Below, piece after piece: positions 49,390-63,589 of a stretch of DNA of 64,000 nucleotides (its first letter is position 1; each line of letters begins with the position of its first letter). Origin of the DNA: Cetorhinus maximus (Eukaryota); NCBI RefSeq assembly GCF_964194155.1, contig NC_135893.1, positions 84,754,001 to 84,818,000 on the forward strand, written 5' to 3'. A model generated the notes under the pieces. That model had not been told where the DNA came from and ran no database searches. It saw nothing but the letters and a program-made list of their open reading frames with translations. The position numbers and the translations under genes were made by a program.

Positions 49390-52300
49390 TTTTTATTCAT
49401 TTACAGGATGTGGTTGCTGTTGGCTAGGCCAACATTTATTGTCCATCCCTAATTACTCTTGAGAAGGTGGTGGTGAGCTGCCTTCTTGAATGGCTGCAGT
49501 CCCTGTGGTATAGGTACACCCACAGTGCTGTTAGGGAGGGAGTTCCAGGATTTTGACCCAGCAACAATGAAGCAACGGCAACGTATTTCCAAGTCAGGAT
49601 GGTGAATGGCTTGGAGGGGAACTTCCAGGTGGTGGTGTTCCCATGTGTCCTTCTAGATGGTAGTGGTCATGGGTTTGGAAGGTGCTGCCTAAGGATACTT
49701 GGTGAGTTTCTGCAGTGCATCTTGCAGATGGTACACACTGCTGCCACTGTGCATTGATGGTTGAGGAGTGAATGTTTCTGGATGTGGTGCCAATCAAGCG
49801 GGCTGCTTTGTCCTGGATGGTTTCAAGCTTCTTGAGTGTTGTTGGAGCTGCACTCATCCAGGCAAGTGGAGAATATTCCATCACACTCCTGACTTGTGCC
49901 TTGTAGATGGTGGACAGGCTTTGGGAGGTCAGGAGGTGAGTTACTTGCCCCAGGATTCCTAGCCTCTGACCTCCTCTTGTAGCCACAGTATTTATATAGC
50001 TAGTGCAGTTTCTGGTTAGTGATAACCCCAGGATATTGATAGTGGGGGAGTCGGTGATGGTAATGCCATAGTGGAGTGCCACAAGGATCAGTGCTGGGGC
50101 TTCAGTTATTTACAATATATATTGATGACTTGGATGAGGGGAGTGAATGTACTATTGCCAAGTTTGCAGATGACATAAAAATAGGTGGGAAGGCAAGTGG
50201 TGAGGATGACACAAGGAGTCTACAAATGGATATAGACAGGTTAAGTGAGTGGGCAAAAACTTGGCAGATGGAATATAATGAGGGAAAATATGAGGTTATG
50301 CACTTTGGCAGGAAAAATAGAGAAGCTGAACATTATTTAAATAGAGAAATACTGCAGAAAGCTGCAGCACAGAGGGATTTGGGAGTCCTTGTGCATGAAT
50401 CACAAAAATCTAACATATAAGTTCAACAGGTAATAGTTTAGGCAAATGGAATGTTGGCCTTTATTTCAAAGGGAATGGAGCATAAAAATAGGGAAGTCTT
50501 GCTAAAACTATACAAGGTGCTAGCTAGACCACACCTACAATACTGCAAACAATTTTGGTCCCTTTATCTAACGAGAGGTATACTAGCTTTGGAGGCAGTC
50601 CAGAGAAGGCTCACTAGGTGGAGGGATTTTCTTATGAAGAGAGGTTGAGTAGTATGGGCCTGTATTCATTGGAGTTTAGAAGAATGAGAGGCGACCTTAT
50701 TGAAACATATAAGATTCTTAGGGGCTTGACAGGAGTTGAGGATTATCAGATCAGCCATGATCTCATTGAATGGTGGAGCAGACTCGATGGGCTGAATGGC
50801 CTACTTCTGCTCCTACGTCTTATGGTTTTATTGAATGTCAAGGGGCGATGGTTAGATTCTCTCTTGCTGGAGATGGTCATTGCCTGACACTTGTGTGGCG
50901 TGAATCTTACTTGCTATTTGTCAGCCAAGCCTGGATATTGTCCAGGTCTTGCTGCATTTCAACATGCATTGCTTCAGTATCTGAGGAGTCGTGAATGGTG
51001 CTGAACATTGTGCAAACATCAGGGAACATCCCCACTTCTGATCTTATGATGGAAGGAAGGTCATTGATGAAACAGCTGAAGATGGTTGGGCCAAGGACAC
51101 TATCCTGAGGAACTCCTGCAGTGATGTCCTGGAATTGAGATGATTGACCTCCAACAGCCACAACCATGTTCCTTTGTGTTAGGTATGACTCCAACTAGTG
51201 GAGAGTTTTCCACCTGATTTCCATTAACTCCAGTTTTGCTAGGGCTCCTTGATGCCACACTCGGTCAAATGCTGCCTTGATGTCAACGGCAGTCACTCTC
51301 ACCTCATCTCTGAAGCTCAACTCTTTTGACCATGTTTGAACTAGTGAGGTCAGGAGCTGAGTGACCTTGGTGGAACCCAAACTCAGTGAGCAAGTTATTG
51401 CTAAGCAAGTGCTGCTTGATAGCACTGTTGATTACCCCTTCCGTCACTACTGATGATGGAGAGTAGATTGATGGGGCTGTAATTGGCCAGGTTGGATTTG
51501 TCCTTTTTGCATACACGCAGCTGGGTAGATGCCAGTGTTGTAGCTGTACTGGAACAGCTTGGCTAGGGGTGTGGCAAGTTCTAGAGCACAAGTCTTCAGT
51601 ACTATTGCCAGAATATTGTCAAAGGCTTTGGGCTCTGTAGTATCCAGTGCCTTCAGCTGTTTCTTGATATCACGTGGAGTGAATCAAATTGTCTGAAGAC
51701 TGGCATCTGTGATGCTGGGGACCTCTGGAGGGTGCTGAGATAAATCATCCACTCAGCACTTCTGGCTGAAGATTGTCGCGAATGCTTCAGCCTTATCTTT
51801 TGCATTGATGTTTAATTGTCCACCACCATTCACGACTGGATGTGGCAGGACTGTAGAGCTTAGATCTGATCTGTTGGTTGTGTAATCGCTTAGCCCTGTC
51901 TATCACTTGCTGCTTATGCTGTCTGGCATGCAAGTAGCCCTATGTTGTAGCTTCACCAGGTTGACATCTTTTTAGGTATGTCTGGTGCTGCTCTTGCCAT
52001 GCCCTCCTGCGCACTCCATTGAACCAGGGTTGATCCTCTGGCTTGGTAATGGTAGAGTGGAGGATATGCCGGGCCATGAGGTTACAGAATGTGTTTGAGT
52101 ACAATTTTGCTGCTGATGGCCCACAGCACCTCATGATTACCCAGTCTTGAGTTACTAGATCTGTTTGAAATCTATCCCATTTAGCACAGTGGTAGTACCA
52201 CACAACATGATTGAGGATATCCTCAATGTGAAGACGGGCGTTTGTCTCCACAATGGCTATGCAGTGGTCTCTCCTACCAATACTGTCATGGACAGATGCA

Positions 52301-52650
52301 TCTGCAGCAAGCAGGTTGATGAGGATGAAATCAAGTGTGTTTTTCCCTGTTGTTAGTTCCCTCACCACCTGCCGCAGACCCTGTCTAGCAACTGTGTACT
52401 TTAGGACTCAGACAGCTCAGCCTGTGGTGGTGGTACCGAGCCACTCTTGGTGATGGACATTGAAGTCCCCACCCAGAGTACATTCTGTGCCCTTGCCACC
52501 CTCAGTGCTTCCTCCAAGTGGTGTTCAACATGGAGTACTGATTCATCAGCTGTCGGGGGGATACATGGTAATCAGCAGGAGGTTTACTTGCCCATGTTTG
52601 ACCTGATGCCACGAGACTTCATGGGGGCCAGAGTCGATGTTGAGGACATA
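49390..52650 (-). mobile_element. Long degenerate LINE (family of 1-2283) with nested CR1
   Basis: EN (PTTGKNTLD-like) to RT and 3' tail on minus; colinear with 1-1670. Confidence 0.88.
50070..50830 (+). mobile_element. CR1 LINE RT-3' fragment nested in opposite orientation
   Basis: PQGSVLG..KFADD ORF 50076-50420; the host sequence ggtaatgccat/tgaatgtcaag is split. Confidence 0.88.
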
Positions 52651-53823
52651 TTGGGACTTTAGAAATTGAATTTACCATGACACTTCTCCCTGCAGATCTT
52701 GGACGGACAGCAAACTACCTACTCCATTGCCTGAAATTAAACGTGCAAATATCAACAGTGACTAAACCAAGAATTCTGATCCAAGCTTATGTTTGCTGAT
52801 TTTACAGAATCTCTCAGCACAGATGGAGGCCATTCAGCCCCTTATGCCTGTGTTCGGCCTTTGAAAGAGCTATCCAATTGGGCTCACTCCCCTGCTTTTT
52901 TTGCTTCTGTTATTGGGTATGTGACACTTACGTCAGGTGTAATATATCCAGAAATGTGCCTCACATTGATGTGTTGTCCAGCACAAACTTTAAATACTGA
53001 GTTCTGGGGGTCTGAAAGCAAAAACAGAAAATGCTGGAAATACTCAGCAAGTCAGGTAGCATCATTGGAGAGAGAAACAGTTAATGTTTCATATTAATTT
53101 TGACAATTGGTCTGTTTTGCTCAGCAGTTGAATATTGGATCTTGCAGCAATTAAACCTCATGGCCAGAAAGGGGGGAAAAGAAGGCACCAACATTTTTAT
53201 ATAGCACCATTCACATGCTCCAGACATCCCAAAGTATCTTGCAGCCAATGAACTGTAGTAGTAGTTAATAGTAATTGCTAATTAATTACTGTAATTAGTG
53301 GTCACTGATGTAGGAAACAGTGGCCAATTTGAGTACAGCAAGTTCCCACAAACAGTAATGCGTTAATGATCGGGTAATATGTGTTTTTAATGTTGGTTGA
53401 GGGCTAGGGATAAATATTAGCCAAAGAATATGGGGCATTCTCAATTGCTACTGTTCCGATAGTGCTATCATATGAGTGGCACTCGCCCACCTCCCTGAGC
53501 TGCGCTGGAGTGTTGGCCTGAATTGTGTGGTTAGGTCTCTAGAGTGGGACTTGAACTTCTGACTAAGGTGAGAGTGCTACCAGTGACATAAGGATTTGTA
53601 CCAAGTTATGCAGTGGCCCTTGGCAGCAGAATAATACTGTGCGTTATGCAATACACAGACTCTTCCAAGGTGGCACAATGGGCTGATGCCCTGCTGTACT
53701 GTAAGATTCTGTGATACATTGGTTAACCCTGTATCCTCTGGTGTTGTGTTGCCATGAGGAGATCTGTTGGCTTTTCAGCTATTGATGTTTCCCCTTTTTA
53801 TTTGACAGGGGCACTTTGGAGTG

Positions 53824-54507
53824 ATGGATGATATGGAACCGCCCACTGAAGACACTGTGAGTTACTTGGAGTCTGAGGACTACATGTTTCTTGAATCAGA
53901 GCATTCAAGCAAAGTTCTGGATGGACTCAACAGCCTGCGACTGAACAACGCATTCTGCGATGTTATTCTGTGTTGCGACGGTCAAGAGTTCCCATGTCAC
54001 CGCATCGTGCTTGCCTCCTTCAGTTCCTACTTCAGGGTCATGTTTTCCACAGATCTGGTCGAGTCCCGGCAGGAGCGTGTGGCGATAAATGGTGTCGAGC
54101 CGCAGATGGTGGGACTGTTGGTGGCGTATTCCTACACGGCCCACGTGCTCATTACGAGAGCCAACGTCCAGGCCCTGCTGGCAGCTGCCAACCTGTTGGA
54201 CATCATGCCTGTGCGGGAAGCCTGCTGCAAGTTCATGGAGCGGCAGATGGATGAAACAAACTGTGTGGGCATCCACTGCTTCGCTGAGGCCCACTCCTGT
54301 GTGGAGCTGCAGGCCAAGAGTCTGAACTATATCCTGCAGCATTTCAACGTGGTTTACATGCAGGAGGAGTTCCTCTCGCTCTCGGCAGAGAAGCTGACAG
54401 AAATCATCGCCAGTGATGACCTGAGCATCCCCTCGGAGGAGATGGTCTTCGAGGCTGTCGTCCTCTGGTTGGAAAAGGATCACTCAAGAAAACAGAACTT
54501 TGAGAAA
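53824..54507 (+). CDS. KLHL-like first coding exon (BTB + BACK)
   Basis: Acceptor tttgacag ends 53808; ATG 53824; donor GTAAGG at 54508. The frame stays open back to the acceptor, so an upstream start is possible. Confidence 0.92.
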
Positions 54508-57500
54508 GTAAGGGTATCCTTGAAGTTCTACTCCCTTCATGTAGTGACCTGATTGAGATGTTTATAACTTACAGTGCTTGGGGGGAGTTTGATAGAAGTG
54601 GCGGTTAGTGGGGAGGGGGTGGTCTATAACGAGGGAGTGTGAATGCGAGATTTCATGGAAAAAGATTTGGGACCGAAAGAGAAACATTTTCCCTACACTG
54701 GAGTGCACTCAACATCCTCATAAACCTGGAGTCGGTGATTGAAACAGAGACCAGGTCAACATTTAAGTACAGGTTTGCAAAGTAATGTATTGCCTTTGTG
54801 GAGGATAAACACCATCACAGATTGAAGGTTCAAATGGCTTGTTTCAGGATTATTTCCATGCAATTTAACTCTAAGGAGTAAATGACACTAGCAATTTAAT
54901 ATAGAATATTACAGCAGATAAGGAGGCCCATCCAGTTTGTCCCAGCTTTCTTGAAGAGCAGTCCACTCACCTCTTTCCTTATCTCTGCAATTTCTTTTCT
55001 CCCAGGTATTCCTGAATGAATTGTTTGTAGATTAACTTCCAACAGGAGCAGCTAATTGAACCTGCTTTGCCTAGTTCTGTTTTTATTTTATGAATCTCTC
55101 TGTCCTCAGATCTCTGCATTCCTCCAACTCTGCAGTTTTAATCACTCCGCCTTTGGCCGCTGTGCCTTCAGTTGCTGGGCCCCAAGCTCTGGAATTCCTA
55201 CCCTAAACCCCTCTACCCATCGCTCCTTAAATCTACTTGTGACCAATCTTTCAGTCACCTGATACTTTCTCTGTCAAAAATTAATATGCCTTGTGATGTT
55301 TTGCTATGTTAAACGTACTATATAAATGCAAGTTGTTTATAACTATTTTATAAATCTCTATCAAATTACCTGAAGTGACTAGATCCTGGATTTTTGAGCC
55401 TCTGAGCATCCACATTTTTTTTCAAGCTGGGAATCATTCTTATGACTGGTGTCATGATGATGTGACTTGTGCATGAATGATATTAATCTGTAATTTCATC
55501 GGCTGATCAAACATATACATTGAACTGTTTAAAATAGACTTCCAAAAAGTAAGAAAAGATGCTGGCTGCACAAGTCTCCTGACATCTGGTATTGCAAGTT
55601 GACCAGTTTCTGGAAAGTTCCATATGTGAATTATAACAGTGAATTCTCACGAGTCTTTTACTGGTATCTGTGGCTGCAGCATATTTTTCTCCATGGTGAT
55701 CTTGAAGCTCCATATATAACTGCGATTGCCAGAGACAATTTATTTTTTAAAAACATTCTTTTCCAGAAGTTGATGATTTTTGCACCTGAGGCTCCTTTCG
55801 ATGGCAATTCACTAGCTGTTCTGGATTTTTAATAGGACCAGAGATGGGGCCGCCTTTTGGGAGAAGAGAGCTCATTAGTGTATAACTAGCAGCTTTTCCA
55901 GACTCCTGTTTCAACAGCTTTCATGCAGTAATGAAAGAGATCCGAAAAAATGGTCATTCCTGTTAGGAATCCATTTCTTGTGCATGTGTGCATGTGTTAC
56001 ACTACCGGACTAAAAATTGTATGCTAACCTGTTTTTGCAACATTTTTTGAAAGTTTCATTTCATAATTAGTCATTCTGAGTTTACTGAAAGAAGCCTGGT
56101 TAAAGTCTCTTTTGTTCTGGATCTAACAGTAGCAAAGGTAAACAATTGGCTATTTTTTTTGGTGAGTGAATTAAACATTTACACTTATGGAGTGACCTGT
56201 GAAGTAGTGTGACTATAGAGAAACTGCGCACTCCTCCCACCCTGGTTGTAACACTCCAGTCACATGACCTCTCTTCCCAATGTGATTTCAGAAGGCATTT
56301 GTTCAGCTAATGTCCGAACAGATTGTGTGGCTATTGTCCCATGGCCTATAATGTCCCAGCCATTAGCTCCTGAATGATATAGGAAAACATATTTTCATAT
56401 ATCTATTGTTCAGGTAGACTTTGTCTCACTTGAGGTAGCCTTATAGAAATATAAATGTGAGGTCCAGTCCAGTTTCACCAAACATTATGAAATGGTTCTT
56501 GTCATCAGGTGGGAAATTCCATGAGGATGTCATGGCATGTCTGAATTGTAATTCACATTGGAACTTGCTAGAAAATGATTAACTTGCAATACCAGACAAC
56601 AGGTGACTTGTGGCAGCCATCTTCAGTCAGTATCTTTTCTTCCTTTTTAAGTCCCTTTTAATATGTTTGATCAACTGATGAAATTACAGATCATTCATGC
56701 ACAAGTCACATCATTGTTACACTGGTTATAATGTACTTCCTTGCCTCTTCAACATGAATATCTGCACCTACAAACACTTGGGATTGCTTAGTATAAATCT
56801 TAGTACGATTCCAAGATTCTCTTGCGTTTATTTATTTGCGTTCTGTTTCTGTCCTTGCATTATTTTCCTTCCACAAATGCGCTCTAGTCAGTGTGCTTCC
56901 ATGGTGCAAGTGACTTGATGCTGTGTGCCCACGGTCTCACTGGTGCAGATGGGAAGGTAGAACAGTGTCTGATGCTGGTGGGGGCTGCGATCGTCGGTGA
57001 ATCCAAGTCAATCTCAGGATTTTGGAATTGAAATGGATATGGTTCTCGGACCAGTAATTATTCAGACCACCCATTTGAAATTTGAGTCCCACCAGTCTGT
57101 TGTTTCCTCTTGTGGAAATCAATGGACATGTGATTTACTAAATTTAAGTAATTTTATCCACAATCCATTGAGATCTGCTGATCTAGCTGACTCTTCAGAG
57201 GTGGCTCTGAAACCTCTCTCAACCTGTTGCAACAGATTCTACCACTTTCTGATTAACATTGAGTAGGGTCACTGAATCATTGAAGGATACCATCCAGCCC
57301 ATTGTTCCTGAGCATGGTCAGAGGAATGTTTTGATCTATTGCTCTCAAACTGGGACTGGGGGAGAATTCTGTGCGCTTTTGGCAAGGGTGTATTTTATTT
57401 ATATAGAAAACTGCAGTCACTTTTATTTAAATCCTTTCAGATATTAGAACACATTCGTCTGCCCTTAATTAGTCCTTATTACATCCACGACATTGTAGAG

Positions 57501-60500
57501 TCACTGAATGTCATCCAGGAATCTCTTCCTTGCCAGCGATTGATTTCCGAAGCAAAGGACTACCTCTTGTTACAAGATAGACGTGGGGAACTCTACAGCT
57601 CCAGGACCCGTCCTCGCAGATCAACAGGTGAGTGCGGCAGCAACCAGGCTGTTACTTTGCACACAGCAAACTCTCAAACAGCAATGTGTTGATGGCCAGA
57701 TAATCTGTTTCTGTGATGTGGGGCGAGCTCCTCTTTGAAATAGTGCCACGGGACTTTTTTTACACCCACCTGAGAGAGCAGACCTTGGTTTAACATCTCC
57801 TGAAAGACGGCACTCCCTCAGTAATGCATTAGGAATGTCAGCCTGGATGATGTGACTGAGTGGGACTTGTACCTGTGACCCTCTATCCCAGAAGGTATTA
57901 TAGGGAATGCGAGAAAATGTAATCTTCAGTTGGTCCGAGGTAAACTGTTTAAGTTGTCAAATCAGCATCTCATTAATACTAACAAAGCAGCATATACTTC
58001 TGACCAATTAACTCATTGTTAGATACATAAATTTGGTTGAATTTGCAATATGAAAATTGCCCAGGTATGTCATAGATCATAAGAAATGGGAGTGGGATTA
58101 TTAGGCCATTCGGCCCCTTGAACCTGTTCTGCCATTCAATAATATCATGGCTGATCTGATTGTGGCCTCAACACTTTGCTGCTGACCCCACCCATAACCC
58201 TTGACTCTCTTGTAGACCAAAAATCTGATTAACTCAGCCTTGAATATATTCAATGACCCAGCTGCCATTGTGTTCTCTGCAAGAGAATTCCAAAGACTAA
58301 TGACCCTCAGAAGAAATTCCTCCTCATTGCTGTATTAAATGGGCGACCCTTTATTTTGAAGCTCTGCCATTTCCCCCCACAAGGGGATATCTCGGCATCT
58401 ACCCTTTCAAGCCCCCTTAGAATCTTATCTTTCAATAAGATCACCCCTCATTCTTCTGAACTCTAATGAGTATTGGCCCAACCTGCTCAACCTTTCCTCT
58501 GAAGACAACACCTTCATCCCAGGAATCTGACTAAAATAGCTTTCCCTGCGCCGCTTCCAATGCGAGTATATCCCTGCTTAAGGACACCAGAACTGTATGT
58601 TGTACGCAGTACTCTAGGTGTCATCTCGCCATGCCATGTACGGTTGTATCAAGACTTAGCTACTTTTATACTCCATGCTCCTTGCAATAAAGGTCAACAT
58701 TTCATTTGTCTTCCTAATTACTTGCTGTGCCTGCATGCTAACTTTGTGTACAAGGACACCCAAATCCCTCTTCTGCAGAATTCTGCAGTGTCTGGCCATT
58801 CAAATAATATACTGCCTTTCTATTCTTGCTGCTGAAGTGGACTACCTCGCATTTTCCTATGTTATACTCCATCTGTCAAATTTTTGCCTACTTGCTTAAC
58901 CTATCTATGAACCCTTTGCAGACTTTGTATCCTTCTCACAACTTACTTTCCTACCTATCTTTTGTATCATCAGAAAATTTGGCTACAATACAGTTGGACT
59001 GTTCACCCAAGTCATTATAGTTGAAGCCCCAGCGCTGATCCCTGTGGCACTGCACTCATTACTGTTTGTCATCTTGAGAATTTCCGACTCTGTTAGCTAA
59101 TCCTCTATGCATGAGTTCTTAACTTGTGCAGTAACCTTTTATGTGGCATCTTATTGAATGCCTTTTGGAAATTTAATATGCTGTATCTACTGGTCCCCCT
59201 TTATCTACCTTGCTCTTTACAACCTTGAACACTAATTTGTGTCTCACTTTTCTTTTTCACAAAACCATGTTGACTCTGCCTGATAACATTATGATTTTCT
59301 AAATGTCCTGCTACTAACCTCCTTAATTGATTCTGGTATTTTTTGTGATGTTAGACCAGCTGGCCTATAGTTTCCTGCTTTTTGTCTCCTTTCTGTTTTG
59401 AACACAGGTGTTATATTTGTGGATTTTGAATCCTTTCCATAATCTAGGGAGTTTTGGAAGATTACAGCCAATACATCCACTATCACTGCAGCTATTACTT
59501 TTAAGACCCTAGGATGTGGGTCATCAGACCTAGCAGACTTGTCAGCCTTTAGTCCCATTAGTTTTCCTAGGACTGTCTCTAATAATTATGATTATTTTAG
59601 GTTCCTCTCTCCCTTTTCCCCCCCCCTGCTTTTTTACTATTTTGGGGCGCTTTTTGTGTCTTCCGTTTTAAAGCGGATACAAAATGCTTGTGCGAAGTCT
59701 CTGCTGGTTCCTTGTTTCCCATTATTAATTACCCAGCCTCATCCTCTTAAGAAAGCAACACTTACTTTAGCCAGTCTTTCCTTTTTATATACTTGTAGAA
59801 GCTTTTATTGTCTGTTTTTATATTTCTTGCTTTTTTAAGTAATCTTTTGGGAAAATTTTAGAAACCAGCAATCTTTTGGGCTACCACTAATATTTTCAGT
59901 ATTTTGCATCTATTCTTTCAATTTGATGTCATCCTTGCTTCCTTCGCTAGGAAAAGATTGGTGTATCCTTCTCATGGTCTTTTTTTCCTCAACAGAATAT
60001 ATCTTGGAAAGAAGATATGAAGTATCTCCTTAAATGTCTACAACTGTTTCTCTACTGTTTTACCTTTTAACATATTTTCCCAGTCCACTTTAGCCAACTG
60101 TCTTCAGACCCTTGCATTACCTTCAGTTTAAGTTACTAATTTCAGATCCACATTTCTCACTCAGTTTGAATGTGAAATTCATCATGTTATGATCACTCTA
60201 GAGGATCCTTTACTGAGATCACTTATTAATCCTGTCTTATTACCAGGCCTAAAATAGCCTGTTCCCTGGTTGGTTCCAGAACATATTCTCAAACTGTCCT
60301 GAATACACTCTGAAATCATCCTCCAGGCTACCTTTGCCACTCTGATTTGCCCAATCTGTATGAAGATTAAAATCATCCTCATTGCAGTATCTTTCTTATA
60401 AGCCCCCACTATATCTTGATTTTATACCCCGTCCTACACTGTAGCTACTGACAGGGGGGCCTATAAACCACTCCCACCATTCCCCTCTATCATTTGCTAT

Positions 60501-62598
60501 TTCTTAACTCCACCCAAATTGATTCTAGATTTTCATCCTCTGAATAAGATAACTTTCACCACTGGACTGAGCTCATCCTTTATTAACTGAGCTGCCCCAC
60601 CTCCTTTTCATTTCTTCCCACCTTTCTGACATGTCAAATATTCCTGAACATTCAGCTCCCAGCTGTGGTCATTTTGCAACCTCTTCTCTGTAATGGCTGT
60701 CATATCATATTCATTTACTCTATTTGTGTTATCATTTCACCCATTTTATGAATGTTGCATGCCTTAATAGCCTTTCATTCTTTTTTTTTTAACCATTTTC
60801 CCCTACTTTGACCTCTTTGTGCACTCTTACACTTGTACGCTTTAACTTGTCCTGTCCAACAAAAAAAAAAGGGACACACCCAATTATTGTCCCATCTGTC
60901 TACTCTCAATCATTAGTGGCTGCGGGATCTTTTACATCTTCCAGAGGGGGCAGACAGGACCACAGCCTAATGTCTCATCCAAAAGACAGCACCTCCAACA
61001 TTGCAGCACTTGCTCAGTGCTGCACTGAGAATGTTAACCTAGAATTTGTGCTCGAGTCTCAGGAGTGGAAGCTGAACCCACAGCCTTATGACTCGAACGT
61101 GGGAGTGCTACCCACTGAGCCAAGGCTGACATGCAGGTATTGATGCTGGGATATTGCAAACAAAAACCACGAGAATGCATTTTCCCCGTCCTGAGATGAT
61201 TATTTAGACAGAGCTGAGTTACTAACAAAAGTTTTGATTTCCCCTTTTTTTAAGATTCATTCTTGAGAACTTTCCCGTATCTAAAGAATGTTACCACCTC
61301 CTTCCTCAAATTTCCCCACCCCTGTATTTTGACCTCTTTTATTTTATATAGAGCTCCATTCCAGTGCAAAGAGCTTAAAATACAGAACAAATTCTGCTCA
61401 GCAGAATCATGCCGCTCCCTCTGAGGGTCATTGTCCAGTTTGAATAATGGTTTCGGTAGAGGGAGTGCAACTCGAGACCTGTGGGATTGAGCCTGCCCAT
61501 ACCAAAACTAAATTGTAAGCTCATGGGTATTGGTGCAAACTTTACAACCCACTGCCCTTCAATGGAGAGTCGAGCTGTAAGGCGGTAAAAGTGCACCCAG
61601 TTGGATCAGTCCTTTTTAAAATAGCTTTATCCAGCTCAGATGCACTTGGCAACATTGTCTGAATTATACAGGGGCTTCACCTGGATTCTGTGTGGCACCT
61701 CTCCTACAAGATTAGTCTGCGGAACTTGTCCTGTAGCCTGTTTTTATGGAGTGGACTGTAATACTTGTGCAGTGTGGGGAGAAGGTTGCTGACAATGTCA
61801 GCTGTTAATGTATACTCCTCATATCCGTTGCTTTCTCTTTCCCCACTCTTACTCCACACCCCCTCTGCTTTGACCGTGGACCTATCATGGTATATATGGA
61901 TAAACCTCAGTGAAACAGAATATAACCAACCATGGTTCAGTGGGTAGCACTCTACCTCAAGGTTATAAGGGTGTGTGTTTTAAGTCGCATTCCAGAGACC
62001 TGTACACACAAACTAATCTGACATGAAGTGCAGTACCGTGGGAATGCTGCAGTGTCAGAGGTGCTGCCTTTCAGATGAGGCATTAACCTGAAGTCCCCTG
62101 TGCCCTTGGGTGGATGTAAATGATCCCATGGCACAATTTTGAAGAAGAACAACAGAGGAGTTCCCCTGGTATCCGGACCAATATTTGTCTGCCAACCAAC
62201 ATCACTAACACAGATTATTGGGTCACTTTATTTTTGTGGGAACTTGCTCTTTCTATGCCCAAATTAGCTGCCATGTTTCCTGCATCACAACAGTGAGTAC
62301 ACTTCAAAAATATTCCATTGGCTGTGAAATGTTTCAGGACATCCTGAGGTCGTGAAAGGTGCAATAGAAATGCAAGCCTTTCTTTTATACTAGTTATAGG
62401 TGATATAGCTTTTAAGTTTTTAAGAATGGTGCTGGCCATTTTCTGTTCCAGGTACAACTGAGGTGATAATTGCGGTTGGAGGGGAAGATGATAAAGTGGT
62501 TCTCCGCAGTGTGGAAAGCTTTGATCCCATTGGCCGACAGTGGAAGTGCCTTGCCTATTTGCCCTTTGCTGTTAGTAAACATGGGCTTGTCGCTTCAG
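53824..62598 (+). CDS. BTB-BACK-Kelch (KLHL family) protein, 3' partial
   Basis: Exons 53824-54507, 57441-57627 and 62452-62598 splice in frame. They encode BTB (FCDVIL..FPCHRIVLAS.SSYF), BACK (NCVGI..FAEAH; SEEMVFEAV) and the first Kelch repeat (VGG...VESFDP...W). Subfamily not recognised. Confidence 0.9.
57441..57627 (+). CDS. KLHL-like second coding exon
   Basis: ILEHIRLPLISPYYIHDIVES...EAKDYLLLQDRRGELYSSRTRPRRST; GTGAGT donor. Confidence 0.92.
58075..60780 (-). mobile_element. Old, heavily deleted CR1 LINE (~2.7 kb)
   Basis: Colinear with 29118-31567; remnants LKADKS...HPRVLK and GNYRP. Confidence 0.82.
61930..62390 (+). mobile_element. Full-length Deu-domain SINE
   Basis: tRNA-like head, Deu core and L2-like tail. 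Confidence 0.82.
62452..62598 (+). CDS. KLHL-like third coding exon (Kelch repeat 1)
   Basis: GTTEVIIAVGGEDDKVVLRSVESFDPIGRQWKCLAYLPFAVSKHGLVAS; absent from the ORF track; AG/GT flanks. Confidence 0.9.
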
Positions 62599-62779
62599 GT
62601 ATGGCTGACATGGACCTTTAATCGCAGTCACACTTAATTTGACTGAACATTTTCTATTTCACAGTGAGTTTTGAATGTTTTTTCTTGGAGGTTTTGCAGC
62701 ACCTTTTGTAATGGAAGTGATGCCCTCCACAATTTTTTATATAGATATGGGGTCAAGAACAGTGAATGGGTTGCATAGG

Positions 62780-63570
62780 ATGTACAACACAGAAACAGGC
62801 CATTTGGCCCAACTAGTCTGTGGTGTTTATGCTCCACTTGAGCTGCATCCCATTTTTTCTGATCTAAATCCACCATTGTAACTATCTATACCCTTCTCCC
62901 TCATTTGCTGGACTAGCATCCCCTTAAATACATCCGTACTCTGTTTCAACCACTCTGTGCTCATGAGTTCCACATTCTCACCATTCTTTGGGTGAACAAA
63001 GTTTCTTCTGAATTCCTATTGGATTTCTTGGCAACTATCTTGTATTGATGGCCTCTATTATACTCTTTCCCCCATGAGGAAATATTCTCTCTCTCTTCAC
63101 TTTATCAAAACTTTTCATAATTTCAAAGACCTTTATTAGGTGACCCCTCGGCCTTTTTTCGAAGGGAAAGAGACCCAGCCTGTTGATCCTATGTATACCC
63201 ATGCATTTATACTAGCATCCTTGTAACATCTTCTCTGCACCATCTCCAGTGCCTTTTTGTAATATGGTGACCAGAACTGTATGCAGTACTCTAGGTGTAG
63301 TCTAACTTAAGGTTGTACATGTTTAGAATAACTTCCCTGCTTTTGATTCTGTCCCTCTAGAAATAAAGCAGCGCTTGGGTGTTTTTTGTTTTTTTTCTTG
63401 TGGCCTTGTACCACAGGTTAACTGTGGTTAGTTGTTGGTGTATGTGACCTCAGAGACCCCTTCATTCCTGTACTCCACCTAAACTTGCACCTTCCAAGTA
63501 ACAAGTGACCTCCCTATTCTTCCTACCAGTTGTACTATCTATACTTACCTAGGTTGAACTTAATTTGTCA
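62780..63570 (-). mobile_element. CR1 LINE 3' fragment
   Basis: Tail acagaaacaggccatttggccc; cagaactgtatgcagtactctag core. Confidence 0.75.
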
Positions 63571-63589
63571 TTTATTTATTTATTTTTTA

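Noticed and set aside
53905-54483. 192-aa antisense ORF over the KLHL exon (likewise 18869-19333 over ANKS4B)
   Set aside because: Antisense shadow of coding sequence with no recognisable domain
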